Part shown: positions 28,502 to 38,809 of the stretch, one piece after another
How the letters are laid out: every line of letters starts with the position of its first letter
How positions within the stretch are numbered: the first letter of the stretch is position 1
Made by a program: the position numbers and the translations under genes
Assembly: GCA_964369115.1 (NCBI GenBank)
Contig: CAYJED010000004.1
Span: forward strand, 16,428-80,427
DNA: 64,000 nucleotides
Reading direction: 5' to 3'
Source of the DNA: an uncultured Candidatus Saccharibacteria bacterium
GTDB lineage: Bacteria; Patescibacteriota; Minisyncoccia; Phycocordibacterales; UBA5272
The notes under the pieces: generated by a model
The model's database searches: none
What the model saw: only the letters and a program-made list of their open reading frames with translations
What the model was told of the DNA's origin: nothing

Positions 28502-29335
28502 CTATATATTTCCTTTTATTTCTTGAAAATTTTTGATAGAAGAAAGATTTCCTCGCTTTTTAAGGCTCTCTATTTTTTTAATAATTGCACGAGTGTTTTC
28601 TTTAGTTGTTTCCGTTACCTGTGCGAAGTCATACGACAAAATGCCTGTATCAAGTGGAATTTCTCCTAAGATGCTATCTTTGTATTTTTCTTGTACATGA
28701 GCATAAAACTCATTATTTGTTGGCTTATTAATGACAGCGTAACATGGTATCATTGTTTTTTTACAAATATCATAAATTTGTTCAAATACTTTTACGCTAT
28801 TTCGATGGGGCTCTATTACTCCTATCACTGCATCAATACCCGCGTAGAGTCCGTAATTAAGCATGTCTGCTCCTGCAACACTGTCGATCACCACATGTCC
28901 TTTTCCTTCATCAAGAAGTCCTAAGTAAAATTTAAGAGGACCAGAGAGAGCGTGAGCACATTTGGTTTGAAAAAGAAGATCAGGGCTTCCGAGGCCGATG
29001 TTAATGAGAGAAAGGCGAGGGGAAATTTTGGTAACAATTTTTTCTGTGTATGCATCAAGCGGTTCTAGTGTAAACAGTGAAGCGGTATTTTCTTGTAGAG
29101 CAAGATTAAGGAGTCTATCATTTTCTGTAAGTCCAACAGCCTCCAAAAAGTCTTTATCAGTCTTATGCATGAGTGGAGTTTTTTCTGGATCAACACCAAG
29201 ATTTGAAGTAAGGTCCATGTTATGGTCCGCATCAATTGCCAAAACAGAAATACCCATATCTTCTATGGTCTTTGTCATAAGCCATGAGGTTGAGCTTTTT
29301 CCTGAGCCACCTTTTCCAACAAAAGCAATTTTCAT
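28502..29335 (-). CDS. ParA/MinD/CooC-family P-loop ATPase
   Basis: Deviant Walker A (KIAFVGKGGSGKSS) and an Asp-rich switch region. Confidence 0.6.
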   Translation of the reverse strand: MKIAFVGKGGSGKSSTSWLMTKTIEDMGISVLAIDADHNMDLTSNLGVDPEKTPLMHKTDKDFLEAVGLTENDRLLNLALQENTASLFTLEPLDAYTEKIVTKISPRLSLINIGLGSPDLLFQTKCAHALSGPLKFYLGLLDEGKGHVVIDSVAGADMLNYGLYAGIDAVIGVIEPHRNSVKVFEQIYDICKKTMIPCYAVINKPTNNEFYAHVQEKYKDSILGEIPLDTGILSYDFAQVTETTKENTRAIIKKIESLKKRGNLSSIKNFQEIKGNI

Positions 29336-29382
29336 ACTTTTATCCTAACAAAAAATACTATTATATGCAAACTATTTGCATA

Positions 29383-30054
29383 TTAGTGATCATGAGCGTG
29401 CGTATGTTTTTTATGATAACGAATTTCAAGATAGATAATCCAAAGTACAATAACTGAAAGAGAAGTGATGCTTGCAAACTCTAAAAGATGAAATTGTTCG
29501 TGATTAATATCTTTTCCTAACAGGTACACAAGAAGTGCTGCGATAGGAGATCCTCCTTGTGCGATAGCACCATAAGTAATCGTTTTTCTTACACTAAGTC
29601 CAAGCCCTCTAAAAAGAGTAAGTGTTCCTATGATTTTTGGGAATTCATGAATAATGATACCAACGGTTGCAGCGTATCCTAAAAATGGATTAAGGAGATA
29701 TGTTGCCCCGATAACAGTCCCATCAATTAGTGAATGAAATGCTTCACTTATAACAATACCTTTTACACCACCTTCTTTCGGGTCGTGGTGATGATGAGAA
29801 GAAAATCGAGCGAGAATAAAAAGGGTAATAAGTCCAACAATGCCACTTATTATTATTGTTCGTAATGTAATGTCTTCACCGTGTTCATGAAATGTAGAGT
29901 ACAGCGCCACTGATAAAAGTGTGACACCTATAATAAGTGTTATGCGCTTAAACGTAGTGCTTTCTTTTTTGGTTCGCAAAAAAAGTGCAATGAAAGCAAG
30001 AAGAGGGAGCGCGCTTGCGCTTATGAGCATAAGAAGAAAAGAAGGAAATACCAT
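29383..30054 (-). CDS. ZIP-family metal (zinc) transporter, ZupT-like
   Basis: Multi-TM protein with a His-rich loop (HHHHDPKEGG), IIIHEFPK (compare HNxPEG) and a C-terminal His cluster. Divergent from a Fur-family regulator. Confidence 0.5.
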   Translation of the reverse strand: MVFPSFLLMLISASALPLLAFIALFLRTKKESTTFKRITLIIGVTLLSVALYSTFHEHGEDITLRTIIISGIVGLITLFILARFSSHHHHDPKEGGVKGIVISEAFHSLIDGTVIGATYLLNPFLGYAATVGIIIHEFPKIIGTLTLFRGLGLSVRKTITYGAIAQGGSPIAALLVYLLGKDINHEQFHLLEFASITSLSVIVLWIIYLEIRYHKKHTHAHDH

Positions 30055-30123
30055 ATAAAAATAAGTTTATACTTTTTGCAATTTATTTGCAAGAAAGACT
30101 ATTATGTGGTATAGTATATAGAT

Positions 30124-30552
30124 ATGGCAGTCTACTCAAAAGACGAACTCACGCTCATGCTTCAGGAGGCGGGGCTTCGCATTACAGATCATCGACTTAC
30201 TGTTTTGTCTACGGTAGCAAAGTGTCGCAATCCGGTCACTGTTCATGAACTTGTAGAAATACTTCGTAAGAAAGAAAATATTGACCAGGCAACTGTTTAT
30301 AGAAATTTAGCTTCACTCCACGAAGCTCATCTTCTTAGACGTCTTGATTTTAATCATGGACACGCTCACTACGAACTTGAAACAGGGCGCGCTTCACATC
30401 AGGTCGTGTGTCATAAGTGTGAGACTATTGAAAAGATAGAAGGTATTTCTGTGGAAGATGCAATTAAGAAAATGCTTAAGAAGAGTAAAAAGTTTAAAAC
30501 CACAACAACGCACTCTCTTGAAATTTACGGAGTATGCAGAAAATGCGATTAA
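30124..30552 (+). CDS. zur: Fur-family transcriptional regulator (likely Zur)
   Basis: DNA-binding helix ATVYRNL and C-terminal CHKC..CRKC metal sites. Adjacent to the ZIP transporter. Confidence 0.7.
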   Translation: MAVYSKDELTLMLQEAGLRITDHRLTVLSTVAKCRNPVTVHELVEILRKKENIDQATVYRNLASLHEAHLLRRLDFNHGHAHYELETGRASHQVVCHKCETIEKIEGISVEDAIKKMLKKSKKFKTTTTHSLEIYGVCRKCD

Positions 30553-31667
30553 CAGTACTTTTTATTTCGCTTCTCTTTGTCTTTGGAAATCTCTTTGCAC
30601 AGGAGTCTCAACTGTTAGAAGATAAAGAGCTAATGCTTCTTGGCCAAGTTGAAAAAGTGCTGACTACAAAAATAGATGATGTTCCTAATACTGAAGTAAC
30701 GGCAGTATATACAACACTCAAAGTAAAGCTTTTAGATGGTGAACAAAAAGATACTTCTATCGTAATAGAAGACTCCTCATTTAATGTTGCTGAAGGAGAT
30801 AAGGTGTATGTTCGTTATGTTATTACGAAAGATGGAGATGAATATTATTCAATTGCAGAAATATACAGACTAGACGGACTTCTTCTTCTTGTGGGTATTT
30901 TTATTGGAGCTGTACTTCTTTTTGGAAGAAAACAAGGATTTTTATCACTCGTCGCACTCTTTATTTCTTTTGGGGTTATTTTTAAGCTTCTTTTCCCTCA
31001 AATGTTAAGCGGAGGAAATATTGTGCTTATTGCAACACTTGGAGCACTTCTTTCTCTTTTTGTGGTGATGTATGTAACACATGGGTTTACTCGGCTTACT
31101 ACCTCAGCATTTCTTGGGTGTACGTTTTCTGTTATAACAACACTTCTTTTTGCACGATTTGCTGCAGATCTTACAAAGGTGACAGGCTTTTCAAGTGAAG
31201 AAAGCGTTTTCCTTAACATGGCAACAAACGGTAATCTTGATTTTGTCGGACTTCTTATTGGTGGAATTATTATTGGAGTAATTGGAGTTATTGATGATGT
31301 TGCGATTACACAAGCTTCAATTGTGCATGAGTTACGACATACTGACAGCTCTCTTTCACCAAAAGTGTTGTATGGAAAAGCAATTAAAATAGGAAGAGAT
31401 CATATGGGTGCAGTAATTAATACCCTTATCTTGGCATACACCGGAGCATCACTCCCCCTTATCCTTCTTTTGTATGGCAGTAATGCTTCGTTTGTGGAAC
31501 TTATTAATAGAGAAGCGCTTACAACTGAAATTATACGAAGTATCGCAGGGTCACTCGGGCTTTTACTTGCAGTACCGCTTACTACGCTTATTGCTATTTT
31601 CTTAATGAAAAATAAAGAGTACGTAGAGTCTTCTAAAGGTTCTCATGTTCACCGTCATCGCCACTAA
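30534..31667 (+). CDS. YibE/F-like integral membrane protein
   Basis: Signal peptide, a periplasmic domain of about 100 aa, then 6-7 TM helices and a His-rich C-terminus. Overlaps the zur stop by 19 nt. Confidence 0.4.
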   Translation: MQKMRLTVLFISLLFVFGNLFAQESQLLEDKELMLLGQVEKVLTTKIDDVPNTEVTAVYTTLKVKLLDGEQKDTSIVIEDSSFNVAEGDKVYVRYVITKDGDEYYSIAEIYRLDGLLLLVGIFIGAVLLFGRKQGFLSLVALFISFGVIFKLLFPQMLSGGNIVLIATLGALLSLFVVMYVTHGFTRLTTSAFLGCTFSVITTLLFARFAADLTKVTGFSSEESVFLNMATNGNLDFVGLLIGGIIIGVIGVIDDVAITQASIVHELRHTDSSLSPKVLYGKAIKIGRDHMGAVINTLILAYTGASLPLILLLYGSNASFVELINREALTTEIIRSIAGSLGLLLAVPLTTLIAIFLMKNKEYVESSKGSHVHRHRH

Positions 31668-31794
31668 TATTTTGATATACTTTTATATATGATTAAGGCA
31701 CAAGACTAGTTAACTTCACTAATCCCGTAAGACGCATTAAATCAAGTATGTCTAAGTAAGATAAAAGGTATCCTAAACAGGATACCTTTTACTT

Positions 31795-31945
31795 TGCTAA
31801 TCGATACTTCGGAAGAAACCCCGAGACGGAACCGTAGTTGTCGTTGGCATTGTCGACATCGTTGGTGTCGAACTTGACCTTGTCGTCATTGAACTTGAAG
31901 TACGGAGACTTCGAGAAATCGGAATCGGCATTCGGAGCTTTTACT
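31795..31945 (-). pseudogene. degenerate fragment homologous to the C-terminus of 32306..33202
   Basis: The minus strand encodes APNADSDFSKSPYFKFNDDKVKFDTNDVDNANDNYG, compared with APGADSGFSESPYFELIGVEVRFDTHVVGYAFDVYG in the intact gene. Nucleotide identity is about 80%. A stop lies immediately upstream and there is no start. Confidence 0.45.
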
Positions 31946-32305
31946 ATTTCCCGTCCACATCACAAACCACGAGGTATGATATGCACATAAATCACGGTTC
32001 TGTATTTAATCCAACAGCACAATATTACTTGTCTGTCTTAGAAAATAGTAAGCAGTATCTCTAGAGCAACAACACTGTCATAAAAACCTTAATCTTTATG
32101 ATCCTGATTGTGATTTCTCATAGGAGAAAGAGTTCGGTGATAGCAATCCGTGAACTGCTATACACTAACCTAGACTCAGATATTATTATATCAAAAAATA
32201 TAAAAAATTGCCTACGGCAATAAAAAAGAGGGTTTGCTTTCGCAAACCCTCTCAAGGATTCAAGGATCAAGAAATCAAAAGACTCAAGATCCCAAAGTGC
32301 AAGTA

Positions 32306-33202
32306 TCAACCTTGCGGAAGACACACCGAAGCCGAGCCATAGACGTCGAAGGCATAGCCGACAACGTGGGTGTCGAACCTGACCTCGACGCCAATGAGCT
32401 CGAAGTACGGAGACTCCGAGAAACCGGAATCGGCACCCGGAGCAAACTCGTCACCCGCACAGTCAATCCAGAGATCGTCATAGTGCTGGAGACGCTCAGG
32501 GTGAGTCAGGAGCATAATGCCGATGGCAAATGCACCCAAACCGCATTCATTTGCGTTCATTACTTCACGGGCACGGCGAACCGAGCGACCGCGATGACGG
32601 ATACCAAATTGTGCAGGTACCACCAGGATGTCCTGATCCTTTTGCTCGTCACCGAGCTTCTGGAAAATGGACACGGACTTGGCGGATTGACGGAGCTGAT
32701 TTGAACCAAGCTGACCTTCACGGTAGTTGTAGAACGCACCGTTTCTGGTTTGCTTGATCAAGTCGAACACTTTTTGCACGGCTTCACCATAAGTGGAGCC
32801 CACCTTTTCCCATCGTGGAATGGCGAACCATCCTTCGGCGTTTTCAGGTAGCGTAGCTTCGGCAAGCTTTTCATTGGCATAGCCGATACCAGGGAACAGT
32901 TCACGGAGTCGGTTGGTCTGCTCGGTGATACCCTTGGGCTTTTTGTAGCTCGACAGGTAACCGAACGTCGACTTCACTTCCTCGCCCTTGTACTTGTCGG
33001 AGACCGACAAGTCTTTGAGCGTCGCCAGGGCGACCTCGCCGATGTTGCCGACGAGTTCGTCGCCGTGTTCGATGACACGCTGTGCACCGTCCTTGTCGAG
33101 ACCGAGTTCGGTCACGATCTTTTCGACAGCATCAGCGATGAGGCGGTTGATCTGCTTGATTTGACCTGCGGTTGCAGGAATGACTTGAGTAATCCCGTTC
33201 AT
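32306..33202 (-). CDS. hypothetical protein (GC-rich, likely acquired)
   Basis: 298-aa ORF at about 55% GC; the antisense frames are open, as expected for GC-rich DNA. Confidence 0.45.
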   Translation of the reverse strand: MNGITQVIPATAGQIKQINRLIADAVEKIVTELGLDKDGAQRVIEHGDELVGNIGEVALATLKDLSVSDKYKGEEVKSTFGYLSSYKKPKGITEQTNRLRELFPGIGYANEKLAEATLPENAEGWFAIPRWEKVGSTYGEAVQKVFDLIKQTRNGAFYNYREGQLGSNQLRQSAKSVSIFQKLGDEQKDQDILVVPAQFGIRHRGRSVRRAREVMNANECGLGAFAIGIMLLTHPERLQHYDDLWIDCAGDEFAPGADSGFSESPYFELIGVEVRFDTHVVGYAFDVYGSASVCLPQG

Positions 33203-33728
33203 GGGTTATCTCTCCTTGTAAATGTTCAAACTCGGTTTACATTGCCGAAACAATTTGCCACAGATTGTGACTCCTACAATAATAGCATGAAAGTAGTAAA
33301 AAGTCAAGGTAAAAAACATAGTAAAAACAGCGTTTTTTAGACGCTGTTTTTACTTTCTAGCACCCTTCTCGTGCTAGCTGTTGAAGGTGAGCCAGTACTA
33401 TCTAGGGTGGAACACCATTGAAAACGAGATAATAAAATGGAAAACAGTTTTCAATAAGTACCCGAACCGACTTTTAGCACTAACTAATTATGAATAATAT
33501 CTATATTTTACAATCTTTTCATAGAAAAACCATCAAAAAGATTTTCTAATTTATATACCGTATCTGGTATAGAACTATGCATTAGTGAGTAAAATCAAGC
33601 AAAAACCTAACCTTGACATTATTGTTTACCAATGCTATAATATAACAACTGAACTAACCCTAAATGAAAGAGGGAAAGTTAGTCGGTGTATGTTACGAAA
33701 ACATACATGCTCATTACAGGAGAAAGAC

Positions 33729-34058
33729 ATGAGCCATTTCGATGAGAAGGACAACTTGTTCGGGCCTGCTCGCGCCTCCATGCGTGCACGTCTCGGCGAG
33801 TTCATGGATGTCTACATGGATGCCAAAATCAAGATCGCCCAGAAGCTGGCCGACAAGATCGCCGGCGAAAATGATGTCGAACAACTGATGGCACTCCGCG
33901 CCAAGTTGAACGATGTCATGTTCGCTGAAGATGACATCACCCAGCTGGATACGAAGATCAAGGCGCTGTTGGCGATGTTGCAGACGAACGCAACTGCCTT
34001 CATCACTCTTCGACAGCAGTGGAAGTCGTCCATCGAGGACACTCACGGCCGTCATTGA
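33729..34058 (+). CDS. hypothetical protein, high-GC gene within the AT-rich element
   Basis: An ATG at 33729 follows AGGAGAAAG. 109 aa, acidic and helical, about 55% GC. Confidence 0.45.
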   Translation: MSHFDEKDNLFGPARASMRARLGEFMDVYMDAKIKIAQKLADKIAGENDVEQLMALRAKLNDVMFAEDDITQLDTKIKALLAMLQTNATAFITLRQQWKSSIEDTHGRH

Positions 34059-34476
34059 GCCCTGTCCAGCTTCAAAAAAAGCCCTACTTCGGTAGGGCTT
34101 TTTTCTATACTAAATTTATCTGTTATAACAGAGAAATAACAGATAATTAGCGTAACTATTCCGACTATCTTTTTTGTTGTTATAACAACCAAAAAACAAC
34201 TATTTTTAGTAAAACTTTTTATCTCATTCTGATTGTTATAACAATCAAATAACAATTACGGAGCTGTTTACCAATTGTGATATAATACACACATAAACCT
34301 AACCCTTTCTATCACTAAAAAGGTATGGTTTTCAAAATCACGCTAAATGATAAAGATCTCCCAATGAGCTCTCACATTTAGCGTGTCGTATCTGGAAACG
34401 GATACGGGCCGGGTAACTGGCCAGAGGTTCGTTGGGAGTTTTTTGCTTTTATAAATAAAAATCACGCTAAATAATT

Positions 34477-34992
34477 ATGAGTACAAATACAAAAAAGATT
34501 TGCAAATACTGTAAATCTGAAATCATTTTGTCTGCTAAAAAATGTCCACAATGTCAGTCGGACCTTCGTAACTGGTTTGTAAGACACTGGATTATTTCAA
34601 TACTTATCGGACTTGTTGTTCTTGGAATAATAGGATCAGGATCAAACAAAAATACAACGACTGATAGTTCAAAAATACCGCAAGGATCAACTGAAAAACA
34701 ATCAGGTAAACAATATGTAGAGGTGGTGAGGTTTAGTGGAAAGGGTCAGAAAAGTTCAGAACCTTTCAAGATCAGTGGAAGTAGGTTCAAAGTTACTTAC
34801 GATTGTAAGGGTGACACCGCGACTACATATTGTGGAGCTTTTGCGTATAAAGTCGGTAGCAATATACCTCAAGGTGTTATGAATGCCACACAAGCAGTAA
34901 AGGATGAAACTGTTATATATGGATCTGGTGAATATTACATAACAGCTAACACAATGGGTGATTTTTCTATGGTTATTTACGACTATAAGTAA
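34477..34992 (+). CDS. zinc-ribbon membrane protein
   Basis: N-terminal CKYC..CPQC zinc ribbon, a TM helix, then an extracellular beta-rich domain. Confidence 0.45.
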   Translation: MSTNTKKICKYCKSEIILSAKKCPQCQSDLRNWFVRHWIISILIGLVVLGIIGSGSNKNTTTDSSKIPQGSTEKQSGKQYVEVVRFSGKGQKSSEPFKISGSRFKVTYDCKGDTATTYCGAFAYKVGSNIPQGVMNATQAVKDETVIYGSGEYYITANTMGDFSMVIYDYK

Positions 34993-35044
34993 CAAAAACA
35001 ATAACTCATTATCGTGGTAAAATACATATAAGTTATAGAACTTT

Positions 35045-35734
35045 ATGGACGGTAATGAGGACTTCAACAAGAGCACATATTGGGTACTTTCTGAACTCAA
35101 AGAAGAGAGTTTTGTGCTTTCGGATAACGATCAAGAAATAGAATTTTGTTTTGATGGTAGAAAAAGCTCACCAGATAAAAAAGTTCAAGATAGGGTGCTT
35201 CGTTTTCTCGAGAAAGAAAAAGCTGTTTCCCTTACAGCGTTTTATATAAAACCAAAGCCACTAAAAAACCTAACTAGAAATTTTGATACCTATGGGTATG
35301 GACCAATTGGATATGATGTAAAACTACTACAGCCGAGATTTGATGAACTGTACAATGAATATTCTGCTTTCAAGTCAAACAAAAATAATAAAGAGCAGTA
35401 TCAGTTCAATCTCACTATCTATCACGACAGAGGAACATTTTTTGTTGATGAGAAGAGAAAAATAGAATTCAGAAATCTTATAAGACCACTTATTATTGAG
35501 ATACTGTATAAAGCAAAAGGTAAAGATGTTGCTTCGGATAAAATAAAAACAGGGCTACAGAAAAAACTACTGAAAGATGGGCACGTTGATAATATCACAA
35601 GTATCATTGACGATATGCGCAAGAGTATAAAAAAGCACCTAAAGATAGATCCTAAAATAGTTCTACCTGATGGTGTTTCTGGTCCTGGTTACAGAATTGG
35701 AGATATCGAAATCAATATTGTAAGAGAAAAATAG
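35045..35734 (+). CDS. hypothetical protein
   Basis: 229-aa ORF; no family recognised. Confidence 0.4.
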   Translation: MDGNEDFNKSTYWVLSELKEESFVLSDNDQEIEFCFDGRKSSPDKKVQDRVLRFLEKEKAVSLTAFYIKPKPLKNLTRNFDTYGYGPIGYDVKLLQPRFDELYNEYSAFKSNKNNKEQYQFNLTIYHDRGTFFVDEKRKIEFRNLIRPLIIEILYKAKGKDVASDKIKTGLQKKLLKDGHVDNITSIIDDMRKSIKKHLKIDPKIVLPDGVSGPGYRIGDIEINIVREK

Positions 35735-35858
35735 ATAAGACCTTGTAGGTATGGTGTGAATTATCATACTGAACAGCTTACTTTGTAACGGTTTCTGAAT
35801 TCCTATAAGGTCGTAATGGGTATGTAATAGGCCCATACATATTTCCTACAATGTTTTT

Positions 35859-36011
35859 ATGACGCTCGAAGAGTTCATAAAAACAATAGGCAAAGAAGCG
35901 GATGGACTATCTCAAGAAGAGATTGAGTTTTACTATACCGTAACAGTAAAAACCTTCGATATATTTTTTGATAGATACAAGAAAGAAAAAATGTTGGTAG
36001 CACACGGATAA
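35859..36011 (+). CDS. small hypothetical protein upstream of recombinase (possible directionality or regulatory factor)
   Basis: 50-aa ORF MTLEEFIKTIGKEADGLSQEEIEFYYTVTVKTFDIFFDRYKKEKMLVAHG. It ends 31 nt before the recombinase. Confidence 0.25.
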   Translation: MTLEEFIKTIGKEADGLSQEEIEFYYTVTVKTFDIFFDRYKKEKMLVAHG

Positions 36012-36042
36012 TTCATCATAAAAATGATAAAATATAACTATA

Positions 36043-37830
36043 ATGGACCAACCAATTTATGTCATAGGGTATGCTAGAGTGAGTACCCCAAAACAAGCTC
36101 AAACTGGTGAGAGTTTGGAGGCACAAGAAAAAGCAATAAGAAAATATTGTGAAAAGAAAGGATATGCCCTCTTTCCTGATAACAAAGTTTTCAAAGAGCC
36201 ATATTCTGGGAGTAATCTTTTCAGGCCAGCATACAGAGAAATACTAGGAATTATAAAGAACAATATACATTCAAAAACAAAGGTAAAATATTTAGTATTT
36301 TGGGACTTTGATCGTCTCACGAGAGGAGGTTCGGCTGATTATGATCAGATATGGAAAGATGTTTCTGAATATGGCGTTGAATTGAGAGATACAACAGAAA
36401 TAATTCAAGAGGAAGTAAATATTATAAAGGAAGAGTTTGGTCTTGATATTGAATATGGTTGGAGCACAGCCAGACCAAGTGAAGAAGCTGAAAAAACAAA
36501 AGCAGAAGACGCAAGGAAACATAAGCGAAAAATATTGCAGACAATGATAACGGCGGAGATCCGTCTAACGATAGATGGCTATCACATAGGAAGACCTGAT
36601 TATGGTTTTCAAAACAAAAAGATTTTTGTGGGCACAAAGAAAAAATGTATCCAGGAAAGATTTGAACCCGAAGCGGTATTTGTTGAAAGAATATACAAAC
36701 TTCGTGCTGAAGGGGTGCTTTCTGATCAAGAAATTTGTAACGATGTGAATACTTTAGGATATAAAAGTAGAACTTTCAATAAATGGAACAAAGACAAGAC
36801 AAAAGTGTTGAGTGTTTCCGGGGGCAATAAACTGACCATAAAGCAGTTACAAGATATGATCAAGCGTTTTACTTACTGTGGTGTTATCTGTGAACGGTGG
36901 ACCAAATATCAGCCGATAAAAGCAAAGTATGAAGGTCTTGTGACTGTTGATCAGTGGAATACAGCAAACAGAGGTAAGGTTCAATTGGAAATAGGAGACG
37001 ACGATTATTTCACTTTGCTAAAAGATGTAAATATTCATAGTAAGAAGCGTAAAAAATATAACCCTAACTTTCCTTTCAAAGGTGTTTTGATGTGTGAAGT
37101 ATGTGGTAAGGTGATGAAGGCAAGCGCTTCAACTGGTAAAAGTGGGAAACCTTTTCCGGCTTATCATTGTGGTAGAGGTCACAAAAATAACGGTATCCCT
37201 AAAAAAGAACTTGAAGATGCTTTCAATAATTACTTGGAAAAGATAAAATTCACTGATAAGTTCTTGAATATTTTTGAAAAGACAGTTTATCTACAATTCA
37301 GAAAGAGAGAAGGAGAGCTTGCTGATTATACAAGCAAGGCAAATATCAATGTTGGAGAATTAGAAGCGCAGAAATCTGCACTTATAAAGTCATTCCCAGC
37401 AGCAACTCACCCAGAGGTTAGAAAAGGAATAGAAGATGAGATAACTAAACTGCAAGACGAGATTGCTAAAGCAAGATCACAAAGAGATAAAATGGAGATC
37501 GAAGAAGCTGACGTTGAGAATTTTATTGCTTGGTGTAAGGAAACAATGGAACACCCAACAAAAATCCTTACAGATATTAGGTCCGAGCAAGAATTAGCGA
37601 ACACTTTTTTACTTTTCTTTGAGAAGTTTCCTACCTATACAGAATTAGTTAGTGGAACACCTAAACTATCTTTAGTTTTCAAGCTTTCAGAAGAATTCAA
37701 GGTCAATCAAGACCTGTTGGTGAGCCAGTACTATCTAGGGTGGAACACCATTGAAAACGAGATAATAAAATGGAAAACAGTTTTCAATAAGTACCCGAAC
37801 CGACTTTTAGCACTAACTAATTATGAATAA
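36043..37830 (+). CDS. large serine recombinase (attP-form C-terminus)
   Basis: N-terminal resolvase domain (IGYARVSTPKQAQTGESLEAQ), a recombinase domain, a zinc ribbon (CEVCGKV...HCGRGH) and a coiled coil. The last 37 codons are encoded by the left end of copy 2. Confidence 0.85.
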   Translation: MDQPIYVIGYARVSTPKQAQTGESLEAQEKAIRKYCEKKGYALFPDNKVFKEPYSGSNLFRPAYREILGIIKNNIHSKTKVKYLVFWDFDRLTRGGSADYDQIWKDVSEYGVELRDTTEIIQEEVNIIKEEFGLDIEYGWSTARPSEEAEKTKAEDARKHKRKILQTMITAEIRLTIDGYHIGRPDYGFQNKKIFVGTKKKCIQERFEPEAVFVERIYKLRAEGVLSDQEICNDVNTLGYKSRTFNKWNKDKTKVLSVSGGNKLTIKQLQDMIKRFTYCGVICERWTKYQPIKAKYEGLVTVDQWNTANRGKVQLEIGDDDYFTLLKDVNIHSKKRKKYNPNFPFKGVLMCEVCGKVMKASASTGKSGKPFPAYHCGRGHKNNGIPKKELEDAFNNYLEKIKFTDKFLNIFEKTVYLQFRKREGELADYTSKANINVGELEAQKSALIKSFPAATHPEVRKGIEDEITKLQDEIAKARSQRDKMEIEEADVENFIAWCKETMEHPTKILTDIRSEQELANTFLLFFEKFPTYTELVSGTPKLSLVFKLSEEFKVNQDLLVSQYYLGWNTIENEIIKWKTVFNKYPNRLLALTNYE

Positions 37831-38061
37831 TATCTATATTTTACAATCTTTTCATAGAAAAACCATCAAAAAGATTTTCTAATTTATATACCGTATCTGG
37901 TATAGAACTATGCATTAGTGAGTAAAATCAAGCAAAAACCTAACCTTGACATTATTGTTTACCAATGCTATAATATAACAACTGAACTAACCCTAAATGA
38001 AAGAGGGAAAGTTAGTCGGTGTATGTTACGAAAACATACATGCTCATTACAGGAGAAAGAC

Positions 38062-38391
38062 ATGAGCCATTTCGATGAGAAGGACAACTTGTTCGGGCCT
38101 GCTCGCGCCTCCATGCGTGCACGTCTCGGCGAGTTCATGGATGTCTACATGGATGCCAAAATCAAGATCGCCCAGAAGCTGGCCGACAAGATCGCCGGCG
38201 AAAATGATGTCGAACAACTGATGGCACTCCGCGCCAAGTTGAACGATGTCATGTTCGCTGAAGATGACATCACCCAGCTGGATACGAAGATCAAGGCGCT
38301 GTTGGCGATGTTGCAGACGAACGCAACTGCCTTCATCACTCTTCGACAGCAGTGGAAGTCGTCCATCGAGGACACTCACGGCCGTCATTGA
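38062..38391 (+). CDS. hypothetical protein (identical copy of 33729..34058)
   Basis: Exact duplicate. Confidence 0.45.
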   Translation: MSHFDEKDNLFGPARASMRARLGEFMDVYMDAKIKIAQKLADKIAGENDVEQLMALRAKLNDVMFAEDDITQLDTKIKALLAMLQTNATAFITLRQQWKSSIEDTHGRH

Positions 38392-38809
38392 GCCCTGTCC
38401 AGCTTCAAAAAAAGCCCTACTTCGGTAGGGCTTTTTTCTATACTAAATTTATCTGTTATAACAGAGAAATAACAGATAATTAGCGTAACTATTCCGACTA
38501 TCTTTTTTGTTGTTATAACAACCAAAAAACAACTATTTTTAGTAAAACTTTTTATCTCATTCTGATTGTTATAACAATCAAATAACAATTACGGAGCTGT
38601 TTACCAATTGTGATATAATACACACATAAACCTAACCCTTTCTATCACTAAAAAGGTATGGTTTTCAAAATCACGCTAAATGATAAAGATCTCCCAATGA
38701 GCTCTCACATTTAGCGTGTCGTATCTGGAAACGGATACGGGCCGGGTAACTGGCCAGAGGTTCGTTGGGAGTTTTTTGCTTTTATAAATAAAAATCACGC
38801 TAAATAATT

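Larger units (their letters stand above)
33386..37718. mobile_element. integrative element copy 1 (4333 bp) encoding a large serine recombinase
   Basis: Identical to 37719..42051 by direct comparison. Begins and ends at the core GGTGA. Confidence 0.8.

Noticed and set aside
33714-34055. 113-aa minus-strand ORF inside the integrative element (and its duplicate 38047..38388)
   Set aside because: It mirrors the high-GC plus-strand gene 33729..34058, which has the good RBS. It is an antisense open frame caused by GC richness.
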